In this document: piece by piece, positions 1-8,736 of the stretch
Layout: every line of letters starts with the position of its first letter
Position numbering within the stretch: the first letter of the stretch is position 1
DNA from: Acidimicrobiales bacterium
GTDB lineage: Bacteria > Actinomycetota > Acidimicrobiia > Acidimicrobiales > JAHWKP01
Reading direction: 5' to 3'
Assembly: GCA_035526705.1 (NCBI GenBank)
Contig: DATLBX010000053.1
Coordinates: 3,695-67,694 of the forward strand
DNA length: 64,000 bases
Notes under the pieces: generated by a model
Seen by the model: the letters and a program-made list of their open reading frames with translations, nothing else
What the model was told of the DNA's origin: nothing
Databases searched by the model: none
Program-made: the position numbers and the translations under genes

Positions 1-562
1 CCGACGCGGCCAGGGTCTCGAGGGCCGACAGGTACGCCTCGACAACTTCGGCGTAGCGCTCGAGACCGAAGATCAGCGTGACGTTGATGTTGTGGCCCTC
101 CGAGAGGGCCGCTCGGATAGCCGCGACCCCTTCCGGCGTCGCGGGAATCTTGACCATCAGGTTCGGTCTATCGATCGAAGCATGGAAGCGCCGGGCTGAC
201 TCGAGGCTCGCGTCGGCGTCGGCCGCCATCGCCGGGGAGACCTCGAGCGAAACGAACCCATCGGTACCGCCCGACTCGTCGTACACGGGGCGCAGAACTG
301 CGAGCGCACTACGAATGTCGTCGCTCACCATTGCCCAGTAGGCGTCCTCCGTAGGCATGGACCGGGCCAGGTCGGAGAACTGCTCGTCGTAGGCATCGCC
401 CGAACTCATCGCCTTCTGGAAGATGGTCGGATTGGACGTGACGCCGCGGATCCCATCAGCGACGAGCGACTCCAAATGCCCGCCGCTAATACCGTCCCGC
501 GTCAGGTTGTCGATCCACGGGCTCTGGCCCTGGTGCTCGAACAAGTCGTGCAGCCGGGTCAT
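1..562 (-). CDS. tal: Transaldolase (partial; 3' end lies outside the window)
   Basis: Own translation of the minus strand from ATG (complement of 560-562): MTRLHDLFEHQGQSPWIDNLTRD...GVTSNPTIFQKA...LMVKIPATPEG, which are transaldolase motifs. The start overlaps the tkt stop (ATGA). Confidence 0.85.
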   Translation of the reverse strand, partial: MTRLHDLFEHQGQSPWIDNLTRDGISGGHLESLVADGIRGVTSNPTIFQKAMSSGDAYDEQFSDLARSMPTEDAYWAMVSDDIRSALAVLRPVYDESGGTDGFVSLEVSPAMAADADASLESARRFHASIDRPNLMVKIPATPEGVAAIRAALSEGHNINVTLIFGLERYAEVVEAYLSALETLAAS

Positions 563-2454
563 GAAGGCGAAGGCGAGGGCTCCGGGCCCCTGCCGCTGGT
601 GGAAGACTCCTTGGCCAGTCGACGGGCCGCGTCGGCGATGCCCGCGGCGTCGATCCCCGCCTGGCCGAGAAGCTCGCCAGGGGCGCCGGATCCAGGCAGA
701 TCCCGAACGGCCAGTTTCACAACGCGGTGGAAGAGCCCGCTGTCCGCCAACGCGTCGAGAACTGCGTCACCCAGCCCGCCCTCGGGCCAATGGTCCTCGA
801 CGGTGATGGCCAACCCGTTCGTCGCGGCCACCGAGTCCCGGACCGTCGTCACATCCACCGGCTTGACGGAGTACAGGTCGACGACCCGCAGGTCCACGCC
901 TTCACCCGCCAACTGCTCGGCGGCAGACAGCGCTTCGGGAACGGTGATGCCCCCGGCGAACACCGTGATGGTGTCGTCAGCCCCGCTCCGGAGCACGCGG
1001 CTGCCACCGATCTCGAATGTCTCGCCGGGCTCGTAGATGACAGGAGTGGCGCCACGCGTCGTGCGGAGGTAGCTAATGCCGCGGTGCTCGTCCATGACCG
1101 CCAGAAGCTGGGCAGTCTGATTGGCGCAACACGGATAGAGCACTACCGATCCGTGGATGGCCCGCAAGGACGCAAGGTCCTCCAGGCCCATCTGCGACGG
1201 CCCGTCCTCGCCGATCGAGACACCCGCGTGCGATCCGCACAGCTTGATGTCGGCGCGGCTGACCGCGGCCATGCGCACGAAGTCATAAGCGCGGGACAGG
1301 AATGCGGCGAACGTCGCGGCATGGGGACGGAGACCGCGCACCTGCAGCCCGACGGCGGCGGCCACCATCTGCTGCTCCGCGATGTACATCTGGAAGAAGC
1401 GCTCGGGATGCGCCTTCCCGAAGATCTCCGTGTAGGTGGAGTTGCCCACCTCGCCGTCGAGCGCCACGACATTCAGGCGCGCCGACCCGAGGGCGGCCAA
1501 CGCGTCGCCGTATGCCTTGCGGGTTGCGACCTTCTCCCCGAGCGCGTAAGTGGGCAGCTCGAGCGTCCGGTTCGGCGGGCCCGGCAGGGTGAAATCCGGC
1601 GGGGCGAGGGGGGTGAAGGGAGTGTCCGGCGCGTCACCCAACTGCGACAACGCCGCTGCTTCGTCGGGCACCGGCTTGCCGTGCGCGTCATCCGCGTTCG
1701 CCACCGCGGCAACGCCTTGGCCCTTCACCGTGCGAGCCAGGATCGCGACGGGTTTCCCACCGGGGGTGGTCGCCTCCGCAAGAGCCGCGTCTATCTCGTC
1801 CAACGCGTGCCCGTCGATCTGAATCGTGTGCCAGCCGAAGGCCTCCAGCCGGCGGGCGTAGACGTCGAGATTCCACCCGTAACGGGTCTCTCCGCGCTGT
1901 CCCAGCCGATTGACGTCGACAAGCATCACGATGCGGTGCAGGTCCTCGAAGGAAGCGGCCTCCACGGCCTCCCAGATCGAGCCTTCGGCCATCTCGCTGT
2001 CGCCGCACAACACGAACACACGGGAAGGGGCCTGCTGCAGACGCGCGCCCAACGCAATACCTACGCCGATCGGTAGTCCCTGTCCCAGCGAGCCGGTGGC
2101 CACGTCGACCCAAGGCAGGACGGGAGTGGGATGGCCCTCGAGCGGGCTGCCGAACTTGCGGAAGCTCAAGAGCTGCTCGTCGTCCACCGCACCCATCGAC
2201 TTCAGGAGCGCATAGAAGAGCGGGGAAGCGTGACCTTTCGAGAAGACCAGGTGGTCGGCGCCGAGGTGGTCGGGGCGCTTGGGGTCGTAGCGGAGGTAAC
2301 GCGACGCGAGGACTGCCACGAGGTCCGCAGCGGACAGCGACGAAGTGGGATGACCGGAGTTCGCCGCGGCCGCGCTGCGCACGCTGTCGATCCGCAGCCG
2401 GCGCGCCAGTAGCTCGACCTGCTCCAGCGGGAGGGGAGAGCTCTCTTGGGGCAC
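559..2454 (-). CDS. tkt: Transketolase
   Basis: 631-aa ORF with TPP-enzyme motifs (SGHPTSSLS, GDSEMAEGSIWEA, GEDGPSQMGLED). Upstream of and coupled to tal. Confidence 0.9.
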   Translation of the reverse strand: MPQESSPLPLEQVELLARRLRIDSVRSAAAANSGHPTSSLSAADLVAVLASRYLRYDPKRPDHLGADHLVFSKGHASPLFYALLKSMGAVDDEQLLSFRKFGSPLEGHPTPVLPWVDVATGSLGQGLPIGVGIALGARLQQAPSRVFVLCGDSEMAEGSIWEAVEAASFEDLHRIVMLVDVNRLGQRGETRYGWNLDVYARRLEAFGWHTIQIDGHALDEIDAALAEATTPGGKPVAILARTVKGQGVAAVANADDAHGKPVPDEAAALSQLGDAPDTPFTPLAPPDFTLPGPPNRTLELPTYALGEKVATRKAYGDALAALGSARLNVVALDGEVGNSTYTEIFGKAHPERFFQMYIAEQQMVAAAVGLQVRGLRPHAATFAAFLSRAYDFVRMAAVSRADIKLCGSHAGVSIGEDGPSQMGLEDLASLRAIHGSVVLYPCCANQTAQLLAVMDEHRGISYLRTTRGATPVIYEPGETFEIGGSRVLRSGADDTITVFAGGITVPEALSAAEQLAGEGVDLRVVDLYSVKPVDVTTVRDSVAATNGLAITVEDHWPEGGLGDAVLDALADSGLFHRVVKLAVRDLPGSGAPGELLGQAGIDAAGIADAARRLAKESSTSGRGPEPSPSPS

Positions 2455-2464
2455 CGCTCCGAAC

Positions 2465-2851
2465 CTAGACCGGTGGCAGGAGGGCCAAGGGCACGATGAC
2501 CCACGGGCCCTGGCCGAGGCGGCAGTGCGCCTCGATGGTCCCGTACTTCTCGTAGGTCAGCTCGCCCCGCACGAGCAGCCGGCCGAACTTGCCTGGTTCC
2601 ACATTCACCGGTTGCACATTGCGCGCCACCTGCTCACCCGCCTCGTCCTTGAAGACCACCTCGAGCACGGTCTGGCCGGTTTCGTCCTTGGGGCATCTGA
2701 CCAACACAACCAGGTGCGGGCCGATGGTGACCGGAGGGGGCGAGGGGGCCACGAGCGAGAATTGAATTCCCCGGAGGTCGATGCGCGTGGAGGGCCCCTC
2801 GACCTGCCGGGTGGCGATGTCCTCCACAAAAAGGGCGGCGAGAATGTCCAT
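2465..2851 (-). CDS. Hypothetical protein (128 aa)
   Basis: ORF abuts the upstream gene's stop (2852) and lies 10 nt from the tkt start, in the same orientation. No family recognised with confidence. Confidence 0.5.
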   Translation of the reverse strand: MDILAALFVEDIATRQVEGPSTRIDLRGIQFSLVAPSPPPVTIGPHLVVLVRCPKDETGQTVLEVVFKDEAGEQVARNVQPVNVEPGKFGRLLVRGELTYEKYGTIEAHCRLGQGPWVIVPLALLPPV

Positions 2852-3184
2852 CTACGTGGTGGGCCCAGGGCCGAGGGCCGATAGGACGTGCGCGTCCTCC
2901 GGCGAAGCCTCGGGTCCGTACTTCAGGACGACGGTGCCCTTCGTCGAACATTTCGGACAGGTGATGGCCGCCACCGCGGCCATATCGTCGGGATCGGAGA
3001 CGCCCTCGACCCGGAGAATCGACTCCGGCTCCATGCGCTCCGGTTCCACCTCGGTGTCGCAGCTGAGGCACCGCAGCCTGCTTTCCTGGCTGACCGCGAA
3101 CTGGCCGGTGTACCCGCTCTTTTCGAGCTCGTGGATCATCTCGAGCAACGTCGGTCCGCCTGGAGTCCCATGCACGTCAGCCAT
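2852..3184 (-). CDS. Hypothetical zinc-ribbon protein (110 aa)
   Basis: Internal ATG at 3184 of the 239-aa track ORF (MADVHGTPGG...). The upstream part of that ORF overlaps the thioesterase gene on the opposite strand. Two CxxC pairs (CLSC...CPKC). Confidence 0.5.
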   Translation of the reverse strand: MADVHGTPGGPTLLEMIHELEKSGYTGQFAVSQESRLRCLSCDTEVEPERMEPESILRVEGVSDPDDMAAVAAITCPKCSTKGTVVLKYGPEASPEDAHVLSALGPGPTT

Positions 3185-3209
3185 ACCGGCATCGTGCCAC
3201 GCTCTGTCG

Positions 3210-3641
3210 GTGCCGCTTCGTCCGCAGGTTCCGCCCCCCTGCGATCTCACCCTCGGACTCACCTGCATCGACAAGTCCGTGCCCGGTCGCACGACGTGGA
3301 CCATGGAGGTAGAGGAACGGTTCACCAACCCGGTCGGAATCCTGCAAGGCGGATTCCTGGCCGCACTGTGCGACTCCGCAATGGGGGCCTCGTCGATCAC
3401 ATGGGCGGCTGGCGAGGGAAGGCCTCCGGCCCGGTCGTCGAACGCGGAGATGAAAGTCAGCTTTCTGCGCGCGGTGAAACCGGGCACGACTCTGACATGC
3501 ACGGCGACTGTCATCTCCGGTGGATCTCGAGTGGCGTTCGTGGAGGCCGATGTGGTCGACGATGCAGGCAACCGGGTCGCCCGCGCTTCGTCTACTTACA
3601 TCCTGTTGCCGCGTCCGGACTCCACGGAAAACTCCTCCTGA
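3210..3641 (+). CDS. PaaI-type hotdog-fold thioesterase
   Basis: Motif FTNPVGILQGGFLAALCDSAMG plus GSRVAFVEADVVDDAGNRVARASSTY. Domain similarity begins before the ATG at 3303, so the GTG at 3210 is preferred. Start is uncertain (3210 or 3303). Confidence 0.65.
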   Translation: MPLRPQVPPPCDLTLGLTCIDKSVPGRTTWTMEVEERFTNPVGILQGGFLAALCDSAMGASSITWAAGEGRPPARSSNAEMKVSFLRAVKPGTTLTCTATVISGGSRVAFVEADVVDDAGNRVARASSTYILLPRPDSTENSS

Positions 3642-3648
3642 CCAAGGA

Positions 3649-5070
3649 ATGAACCAGAGCGCGCGCCAGCGTCTCTTGCTCGCGCTGGTCGGTGTGGTCG
3701 GAGTGGCCGCCGCGGTCCTTGCTGTCGCGACCCGTCCGCCTGCCGACCCCGCATCCACACCGGGGGACGGAACCCGGATCTCGACACCGCTTTTCTCCGC
3801 GCGACGAGTGCCAGAACTCGTGGTCCGCGAATTGGCCGACGCCCGCTTGCGGGCCCGGCTCGAGGCCGCGTTACGAGATCCTGCCTTCGGCTCCGCTGGT
3901 TCCGAGTCGTGCCTCCTGGTGACGCAGGCGGGTCGTCGTATCGAATCGATCCGCCCCGATCTCGAACTGATCCCGGCCTCGAACCTGAAGCTCCTGACCG
4001 CAGCCGCGGTACTCGCCCACTTCGGCGACGACCACCGATTCACCACTGAGTTTCGTGCCGCGGCGCCGCCTGTCGACGGAGTGATCGCCGGTGACCTCTG
4101 GCTCGTCGGTGGTGGAGACCCTGTGTTGCTCACGCCCGACTACGCCGCTTCGCTGCGATACCAGCCCGCTCTGGTGCACGACGTTGCCGAGTTGGGCCGG
4201 GCCCTCGTGCAGGCCGGCGTACGAGAGGTGCGTGGCGCGCTCCTGGGAGATGAGTCTCGCTACGACCGCGTTCGGTACATCCCGACTTGGAAGCCGGGTT
4301 ACGCCGCCGCTGGAGAGGTGGGCCCGGCCAGCGCCCTTCTGATCAACGACGGCTTCGCCTCGTTCGGTGTGCGAAGAGTCGCGGCGTCGGACCCAGCTGC
4401 TCATGCCGCCGGGATGGCAGCCGCAGCCGCTGAAGCTGCCGGCGTCGTGCTGGGAGCGGTCGGGAGCGGAACAGCACCGAAAGCTGCGGTGGTGGTGGCG
4501 AGCGTGGAGTCTCCGCCGCTCTCGTCGATCGTCGAGTCGCTGCTGCGCGAGAGCGACAACACGACCGCCGAAGTCCTGCTGAAGGAACTCGGCCTCGCGG
4601 TCCGCGGACAGGGAACCACTGCCGCCGGACTCGACGCAATGCGCGAGGTCCTCGCCGCGGAAGGGATTGCCGCGGACTCGTACGTCGTCACCGACGGCTC
4701 CGGACTGGACCGCGGCAACCGTGCCTCGTGTCTCGCCATCGACCGGGCATTGTCCGGCGAGGGAAGTGGCGGCCCGATGGGCCGAGGCCTTGCCATCGCG
4801 GCGCAAACCGGGACCTTGGGCAAGCGCTTTCAGAACACACCGGCCGCGGGGCGCCTGCACGCGAAGACCGGCGCACTCGAAGGCGTGGTGAGCCTGTCGG
4901 GATGGATCCGCCCGCCCCGAGGGTCGCCTTTGGACTTCAGCTTCATCGCCAACGGCATCCCCGGCGAGTCCCGCGGCCGCCAGTTGCAGGATCGCATCGG
5001 AGTCGCGCTGGCGCTGTATCCGGAGGCCCCGGCGGCCGACGCCGTCGGGCCGGTTTCCGGGGAAGGGTGA
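3649..5070 (+). CDS. dacB: D-alanyl-D-alanine carboxypeptidase/endopeptidase, PBP4 (peptidase S13) family
   Basis: ATG at 3649 preceded by aaggaa. N-terminal TM/signal segment LLLALVGVVGVAAAVLAV, SxxK motif PASNLKLLTAAAVL and C-terminal KTG motif (HAKTGAL). Confidence 0.8.
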   Translation: MNQSARQRLLLALVGVVGVAAAVLAVATRPPADPASTPGDGTRISTPLFSARRVPELVVRELADARLRARLEAALRDPAFGSAGSESCLLVTQAGRRIESIRPDLELIPASNLKLLTAAAVLAHFGDDHRFTTEFRAAAPPVDGVIAGDLWLVGGGDPVLLTPDYAASLRYQPALVHDVAELGRALVQAGVREVRGALLGDESRYDRVRYIPTWKPGYAAAGEVGPASALLINDGFASFGVRRVAASDPAAHAAGMAAAAAEAAGVVLGAVGSGTAPKAAVVVASVESPPLSSIVESLLRESDNTTAEVLLKELGLAVRGQGTTAAGLDAMREVLAAEGIAADSYVVTDGSGLDRGNRASCLAIDRALSGEGSGGPMGRGLAIAAQTGTLGKRFQNTPAAGRLHAKTGALEGVVSLSGWIRPPRGSPLDFSFIANGIPGESRGRQLQDRIGVALALYPEAPAADAVGPVSGEG

Positions 5071-5074
5071 CGCG

Positions 5075-5704
5075 GTGCCTGCCACGCCGCTCCCAATGTT
5101 CCCGCTCGGCACCGTTCTCTATCCGCATGTCGCGATCAACCTCCATCTGTTCGAGCCGCGCTATCGCGCCTTGGGACGCGACCTCTCCGCGGGCGACGGG
5201 CGGTTCGGGATCGTCCTGATCAGCCGCGGCTCCGAGGTGGGCGGGGGCGAGGGGCGATACGACATCGGGACGAAGGCCCGCGTCACCGAAGCGCTGGAAC
5301 TTCCCGACGGCCGCTGGCAGCTGATCGCCCGGGGGGAGGCTCGCATCCGGGTCTCGACCTGGCTTCCCGACGACCCATACCCGGTCGCTCTCGTGCAGGA
5401 GCTCCCGGATCTGGGCCCCGAGGCAGAACCGGCCGCCGAGCTCCGAGGCCGCGCCGAGCGGGCGGTCAAGCGGGCGCTGGCGCTCAAAGCGGAGCTCGAT
5501 GAGCCAGCTCATTCGGCCTCCATCGAGATCTCGCCCGACCCAGTCCGGGCGGGTTACGAGTTGGCTGCCGTCGCTCCCGTGACCACTCACGACCACCAGC
5601 GGTTGCTCGAGGCCGAGTCTGCCTACGCGCGCCTTTCGCTCGTCGCTGAGCTTGCGACCGAGGCGGGCGACGTGATGCTGGCGCGGCTCGCCCAGGGCGG
5701 CTGA
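5075..5704 (+). CDS. LON N-terminal substrate-binding domain protein
   Basis: MFPLGTVLYPHVAINLHLFEPRYRAL is the typical LON_substr_bdg start. 209 aa with no ATPase domain. Confidence 0.75.
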   Translation: MPATPLPMFPLGTVLYPHVAINLHLFEPRYRALGRDLSAGDGRFGIVLISRGSEVGGGEGRYDIGTKARVTEALELPDGRWQLIARGEARIRVSTWLPDDPYPVALVQELPDLGPEAEPAAELRGRAERAVKRALALKAELDEPAHSASIEISPDPVRAGYELAAVAPVTTHDHQRLLEAESAYARLSLVAELATEAGDVMLARLAQGG

Positions 5705-5787
5705 GCGACGGCGCTATCTCGAGGGTAAGGGGACCCCGCCGCACCGCGACGAGCCGAAGGCGGGGAGCCATAAGCAAGAATGAGCAG

Positions 5788-6117
5788 GTGCTGGGACGCA
5801 AGAAGGACTCGACTGCCGACAAGGACGGCTTCTTCGGCGAGTTGTTCGCCGTCAAGGAGCTCGTAATTGCCTACGTCAAGCAGGAGACCATCGAGCCGAT
5901 CAAGGGCCTGGGCCGCTTCCTCGCCTTCGGCATGCTCGGGTCGTTCCTCCTGTCCGTCGGCACCCTGATGTTGGTGCTGGCCGGCCTCCGCGCCTTGCAG
6001 ACGGAAACCGGAACGGTGTTCCGCGGCAACTTCTCGTGGGCTCCCTATTTCATCGTGTTCGTAGCCGCCGTCGGGCTGGGCGGCATCACCCTCACCCGGA
6101 TCGGAGCGAAGAAATGA
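5788..6117 (+). CDS. Small two-TM membrane protein, possibly holin-X/phage-holin-3_6-like
   Basis: 109 aa with two hydrophobic helices (FLAFGMLGSFLLSVGTLMLVLAGL and YFIVFVAAVGLGGITL). Family call is from memory only. Confidence 0.45.
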   Translation: MLGRKKDSTADKDGFFGELFAVKELVIAYVKQETIEPIKGLGRFLAFGMLGSFLLSVGTLMLVLAGLRALQTETGTVFRGNFSWAPYFIVFVAAVGLGGITLTRIGAKK

Positions 6118-6338
6118 GCGCGGTGGAGACAGATCGCAAGATCACCCCGGCAGACATCGAGGCCCGCATTCGCGGCCTCATGCCGGGCGGCGAGAACGCC
6201 CCGCCGGTGAAGGAATCACTTCCGGTCGCTGCTGCCGTCGGGATCGTCGTCGTGGCGGCTGTGGTCGGGGTGGCCTTCCTGATGGGACGGCGAAAGGGGC
6301 GGCGCAAGTCGACCTTCGTCGAGATCAAGCGCATCTGA
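6114..6338 (+). CDS. Small single-TM protein (74 aa)
   Basis: ATG at 6114 overlaps the upstream stop (ATGA). TM segment LPVAAAVGIVVVAAVVGVAFLMG followed by an RRKGRRK anchor. Confidence 0.45.
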   Translation: MSAVETDRKITPADIEARIRGLMPGGENAPPVKESLPVAAAVGIVVVAAVVGVAFLMGRRKGRRKSTFVEIKRI

Positions 6339-6345
6339 GACCCGC

Positions 6346-6585
6346 GTGCCGCGCCTAAAGGTGATCGATCGCGTCACCAAGCTCAGTACGACGCGAGTCC
6401 TGGCAGGGGGCGCCGGCCGAATCTGGTTCACCATCACCCTCGTGGGGTGGCTCTTCAAGGGCGTGCGCTGGCTCGCGGGCCGCAACGAAATGACGATCCG
6501 CGAGGAGCTCGAGCCCGGCGACACACTTCTCATCGAGCACAGCCGCGATCCGCTGGGCAAGCGCCCTTCTCGCGAACGCATTTGA
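6346..6585 (+). CDS. Hypothetical protein (79 aa)
   Basis: GTG start 8 nt after the previous stop. Its stop overlaps the proposed trmI TTG start. One hydrophobic segment; no family recognised. Confidence 0.35.
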   Translation: MPRLKVIDRVTKLSTTRVLAGGAGRIWFTITLVGWLFKGVRWLAGRNEMTIREELEPGDTLLIEHSRDPLGKRPSRERI

Positions 6586-7493
6586 GCGACTCCGCCTCCG
6601 TCTTGCGGGCGGGCGAGCGGATCCTGCTGATCGACCGCAAGCGCCGCCGCTACCTCGTCCGGCTCGAGGAGGGTCAGAAGTTCCACTGCCACGCCGGTAC
6701 CGTCGATCACGCCGAACTGATCGGTCAGCCCGCGGGCTGTGTCGCGACCTCGTCGGCTGGGGCGCGCTTCGTGGCCCTTCGCCCCACCCTCGCGGACCTG
6801 GTCGTGGAAATGCCGCGCGGAGCTCAGGTGATCTATCCCAAGGACCTCGGGGCGTTGATGTTGTTGGCGGACATCTTTCCCGGGGCTCGCGTGCTCGAGT
6901 CCGGCGTCGGATCCGGCGCGCTGTCGATGGCGATGCTGCGCGGTGGCGCCATTGTCACCGGCTACGAGATCAGAGAGGACTTCGCGGATCGCGCGGCGCG
7001 AAACGTGGAAGAGGGGCTGGGCGAGGACGCGGCCTCGCGCTTCGAGATACGTGTCGGCGACATATATGAGGGCGTGGAAGGCACCGGCTACGACCGCGTC
7101 GTGCTCGACCTCCCAGAGCCGTGGCGAGTCATCGAGCATGCCGAGGGAGTGCTGGTGGCGGGCGGGATAATGGCGGCCTATCTCCCTTCGATCATCCAGG
7201 TCTCGCAGTTGCGCGAAGCGCTCGACCAGAGCGCGTTCGGGTTCGCCAGCACGCAGGAGGTCCTCGTGCGCACGTGGCACGTGGAGGGCCTAGCCGTGCG
7301 GCCCGACCACAGGATGGTCGCGCACACCGGGTTTCTGACCACGGCGCGTTTGCTCGGTCCCGAAGCGACGCACTGGGATCGCAAAGCCGAGGGTGGAATC
7401 GGCACGACTGCACGAGACAGAAGGCCCGGCGGCGGTGGGGGCCCCCGCTCCGGAGGAGGCCGGGTTGGGGCGCCCGGCCGGGCAGAGACATGA
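6582..7493 (+). CDS. trmI: tRNA (adenine58-N1)-methyltransferase
   Basis: GCD14/TrmI-like: RILLIDRKRRRYLVRLEEGQKFHCHAGTVDH, AQVIYPKDLG, VLESGVGSGALS, DRVVLDLPEPW. Syntenic with Rv2118c upstream of mpa. TTG start at 6582 is tentative. Confidence 0.8.
   Translation: MSDSASVLRAGERILLIDRKRRRYLVRLEEGQKFHCHAGTVDHAELIGQPAGCVATSSAGARFVALRPTLADLVVEMPRGAQVIYPKDLGALMLLADIFPGARVLESGVGSGALSMAMLRGGAIVTGYEIREDFADRAARNVEEGLGEDAASRFEIRVGDIYEGVEGTGYDRVVLDLPEPWRVIEHAEGVLVAGGIMAAYLPSIIQVSQLREALDQSAFGFASTQEVLVRTWHVEGLAVRPDHRMVAHTGFLTTARLLGPEATHWDRKAEGGIGTTARDRRPGGGGGPRSGGGRVGAPGRAET
7428..7483 (-). repeat. Dispersed GC-rich repeat, copy G (module 2 + module 1, inverted), inside the trmI 3' end
   Basis: GGCGGTGGGGGCCCCCGCTCCGGAGGAGGCCGGGTTGGGGCGCCCGGCCGGGC aligns with copy B, GGCGGGGGTGGGGCCCCACGCTCCGCTGAGCCGGGGTTGGGGTGCCCAGCCGCC. 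Confidence 0.8.
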
Positions 7494-8665
7494 ACGCATT
7501 TGACCTTGTCGTGCTCGGCATCGTCATCGTCGCGGGCACGGCCGGATTCAGGCTTGGGTTTGTGACCCGCGCCGCTTCATGGGTGGGCCTGGCTGTGGGG
7601 TTCTACATCGCGGTTCGCGTCTTGCCTTCGTTGCTGCGGTCGGTTGGTCCGGACGGCGCGGCAACGCGGCTCGGGCTCGCCGCGCTGGTGATCTTCGGCG
7701 GCACTTTTCTCGGCCAGGCGGTTGGAATGGTGACTGGCAACCGACTCGTCTCGTCGGTGCCCAAGAAGGCCGGGCTGCGCACTCTGGACCACACGTTGGG
7801 CCTGTGTCTCGGCGCGTTCGGTGTGCTCGCCATCGTCTGGTTGTTGCTTCCGACCCTCGCGGCCGTCCCGGGCCTGTCGGCGCGTCTGGCCAGCGGGTCG
7901 CTGGTCGCGAGAACCATCGACCGTGTGGCGCCTCCGCCGCCCGACGCGGCGGACACCGTCCGCCGGTTGGTCGGAGGCAACGGGTTCCCGCAGGTCTTCG
8001 ATGCGCTGCGCCCCGCGCCGGACCTCGGTCCGCCACCGGAGTCGCTGTCGCTCTCCCCGGAGATGCAGGCCCGCGTGGCTCGGTCGACGGTGAAGGTCGA
8101 GTCGAACGCATGCGATCGCCTCCAGCAGGGCAGCGGTTTCGCCGCGGGCGAGGACCTGATTGTCACGAACGCCCATGTCGTCGCCGGCGAATCGCGCACG
8201 GTCGTCATCCGGACCGATGGCCGGCGCCGAGCCGCGACCGTGATCGTGTTCGACCCCGACCGCGACCTTGCCGTCCTATCTGTGCCGGAGCTCGGACAGG
8301 AGCCGTTGCCCATCGGCGAAGGAAAGGCGGGAATGGAGGGGGCCGTCTTCGGGCATCCCGAGGGCCAGGAGGAGTTGCGCATCGCCGCGGCCGCAATTCG
8401 ACAACGGGTCGAAGCCGTGGGCCGCGACCTCTACGACGAGAAGCCCACCGACCGCGACGTGTTCATCCTCGCAGCTCGCCTTCTGCAGGGCGACAGCGGC
8501 GGCGCTCTGGTCGGCCCGGAGGGAACGGTGCTGGGGGTCGCTTTTGCTGTCGCGCCGGACAATCCCGACACCGCCTACGCGCTCACATCAGCCGAACTTC
8601 GCGAGGTCCTGGCCGAGCCGACCAGAGGCGAAGTCGACACCGGCCCATGTCTGCGAGCCGCCTGA
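7490..8665 (+). CDS. CvpA-domain membrane protein fused to a trypsin-like serine protease (MarP-like)
   Basis: ATG at 7490 overlaps the trmI stop (ATGA). N-terminal multi-TM CvpA-like region; C-terminal S1 protease with H (TNAHVV), D (DLAVL) and S (GDSGGALV). Confidence 0.8.
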   Translation: MNAFDLVVLGIVIVAGTAGFRLGFVTRAASWVGLAVGFYIAVRVLPSLLRSVGPDGAATRLGLAALVIFGGTFLGQAVGMVTGNRLVSSVPKKAGLRTLDHTLGLCLGAFGVLAIVWLLLPTLAAVPGLSARLASGSLVARTIDRVAPPPPDAADTVRRLVGGNGFPQVFDALRPAPDLGPPPESLSLSPEMQARVARSTVKVESNACDRLQQGSGFAAGEDLIVTNAHVVAGESRTVVIRTDGRRRAATVIVFDPDRDLAVLSVPELGQEPLPIGEGKAGMEGAVFGHPEGQEELRIAAAAIRQRVEAVGRDLYDEKPTDRDVFILAARLLQGDSGGALVGPEGTVLGVAFAVAPDNPDTAYALTSAELREVLAEPTRGEVDTGPCLRAA

Positions 8666-8736
8666 TCAGGGCGGAGACCCCGCCTGCGTGAGAGGATTCG
8701 CTCTGCGGTCCCGCCTGACCGCAGGGGGGGAGACCA

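Noticed and set aside
3205-3226. TGTCGGTG at 3205-3212, matching the upstream half of the PafBC-dependent (RecA-NDp type) promoter motif as I recall it (TGTCGGTG-N8-TAnnnT).
   Set aside because: The sequence 8 nt downstream is TCCGCA, not TAnnnT. The GTG of the match coincides with the proposed thioesterase start codon. A second TGTCGGTG near 38266 is inside the UvrA paralog and also lacks the -10 half.
7121-7489. N-terminal extensions of track ORFs, including 7121-8665, 22491-23927, 57215-61864, 61809-63269, 3520-5070, 42851-43711 and 43314-44183.
   Set aside because: The extended parts overlap the preceding gene in another frame and lack similarity to the family. Internal starts with coupling overlaps or Shine-Dalgarno-like sequences give N-termini that match known family starts.
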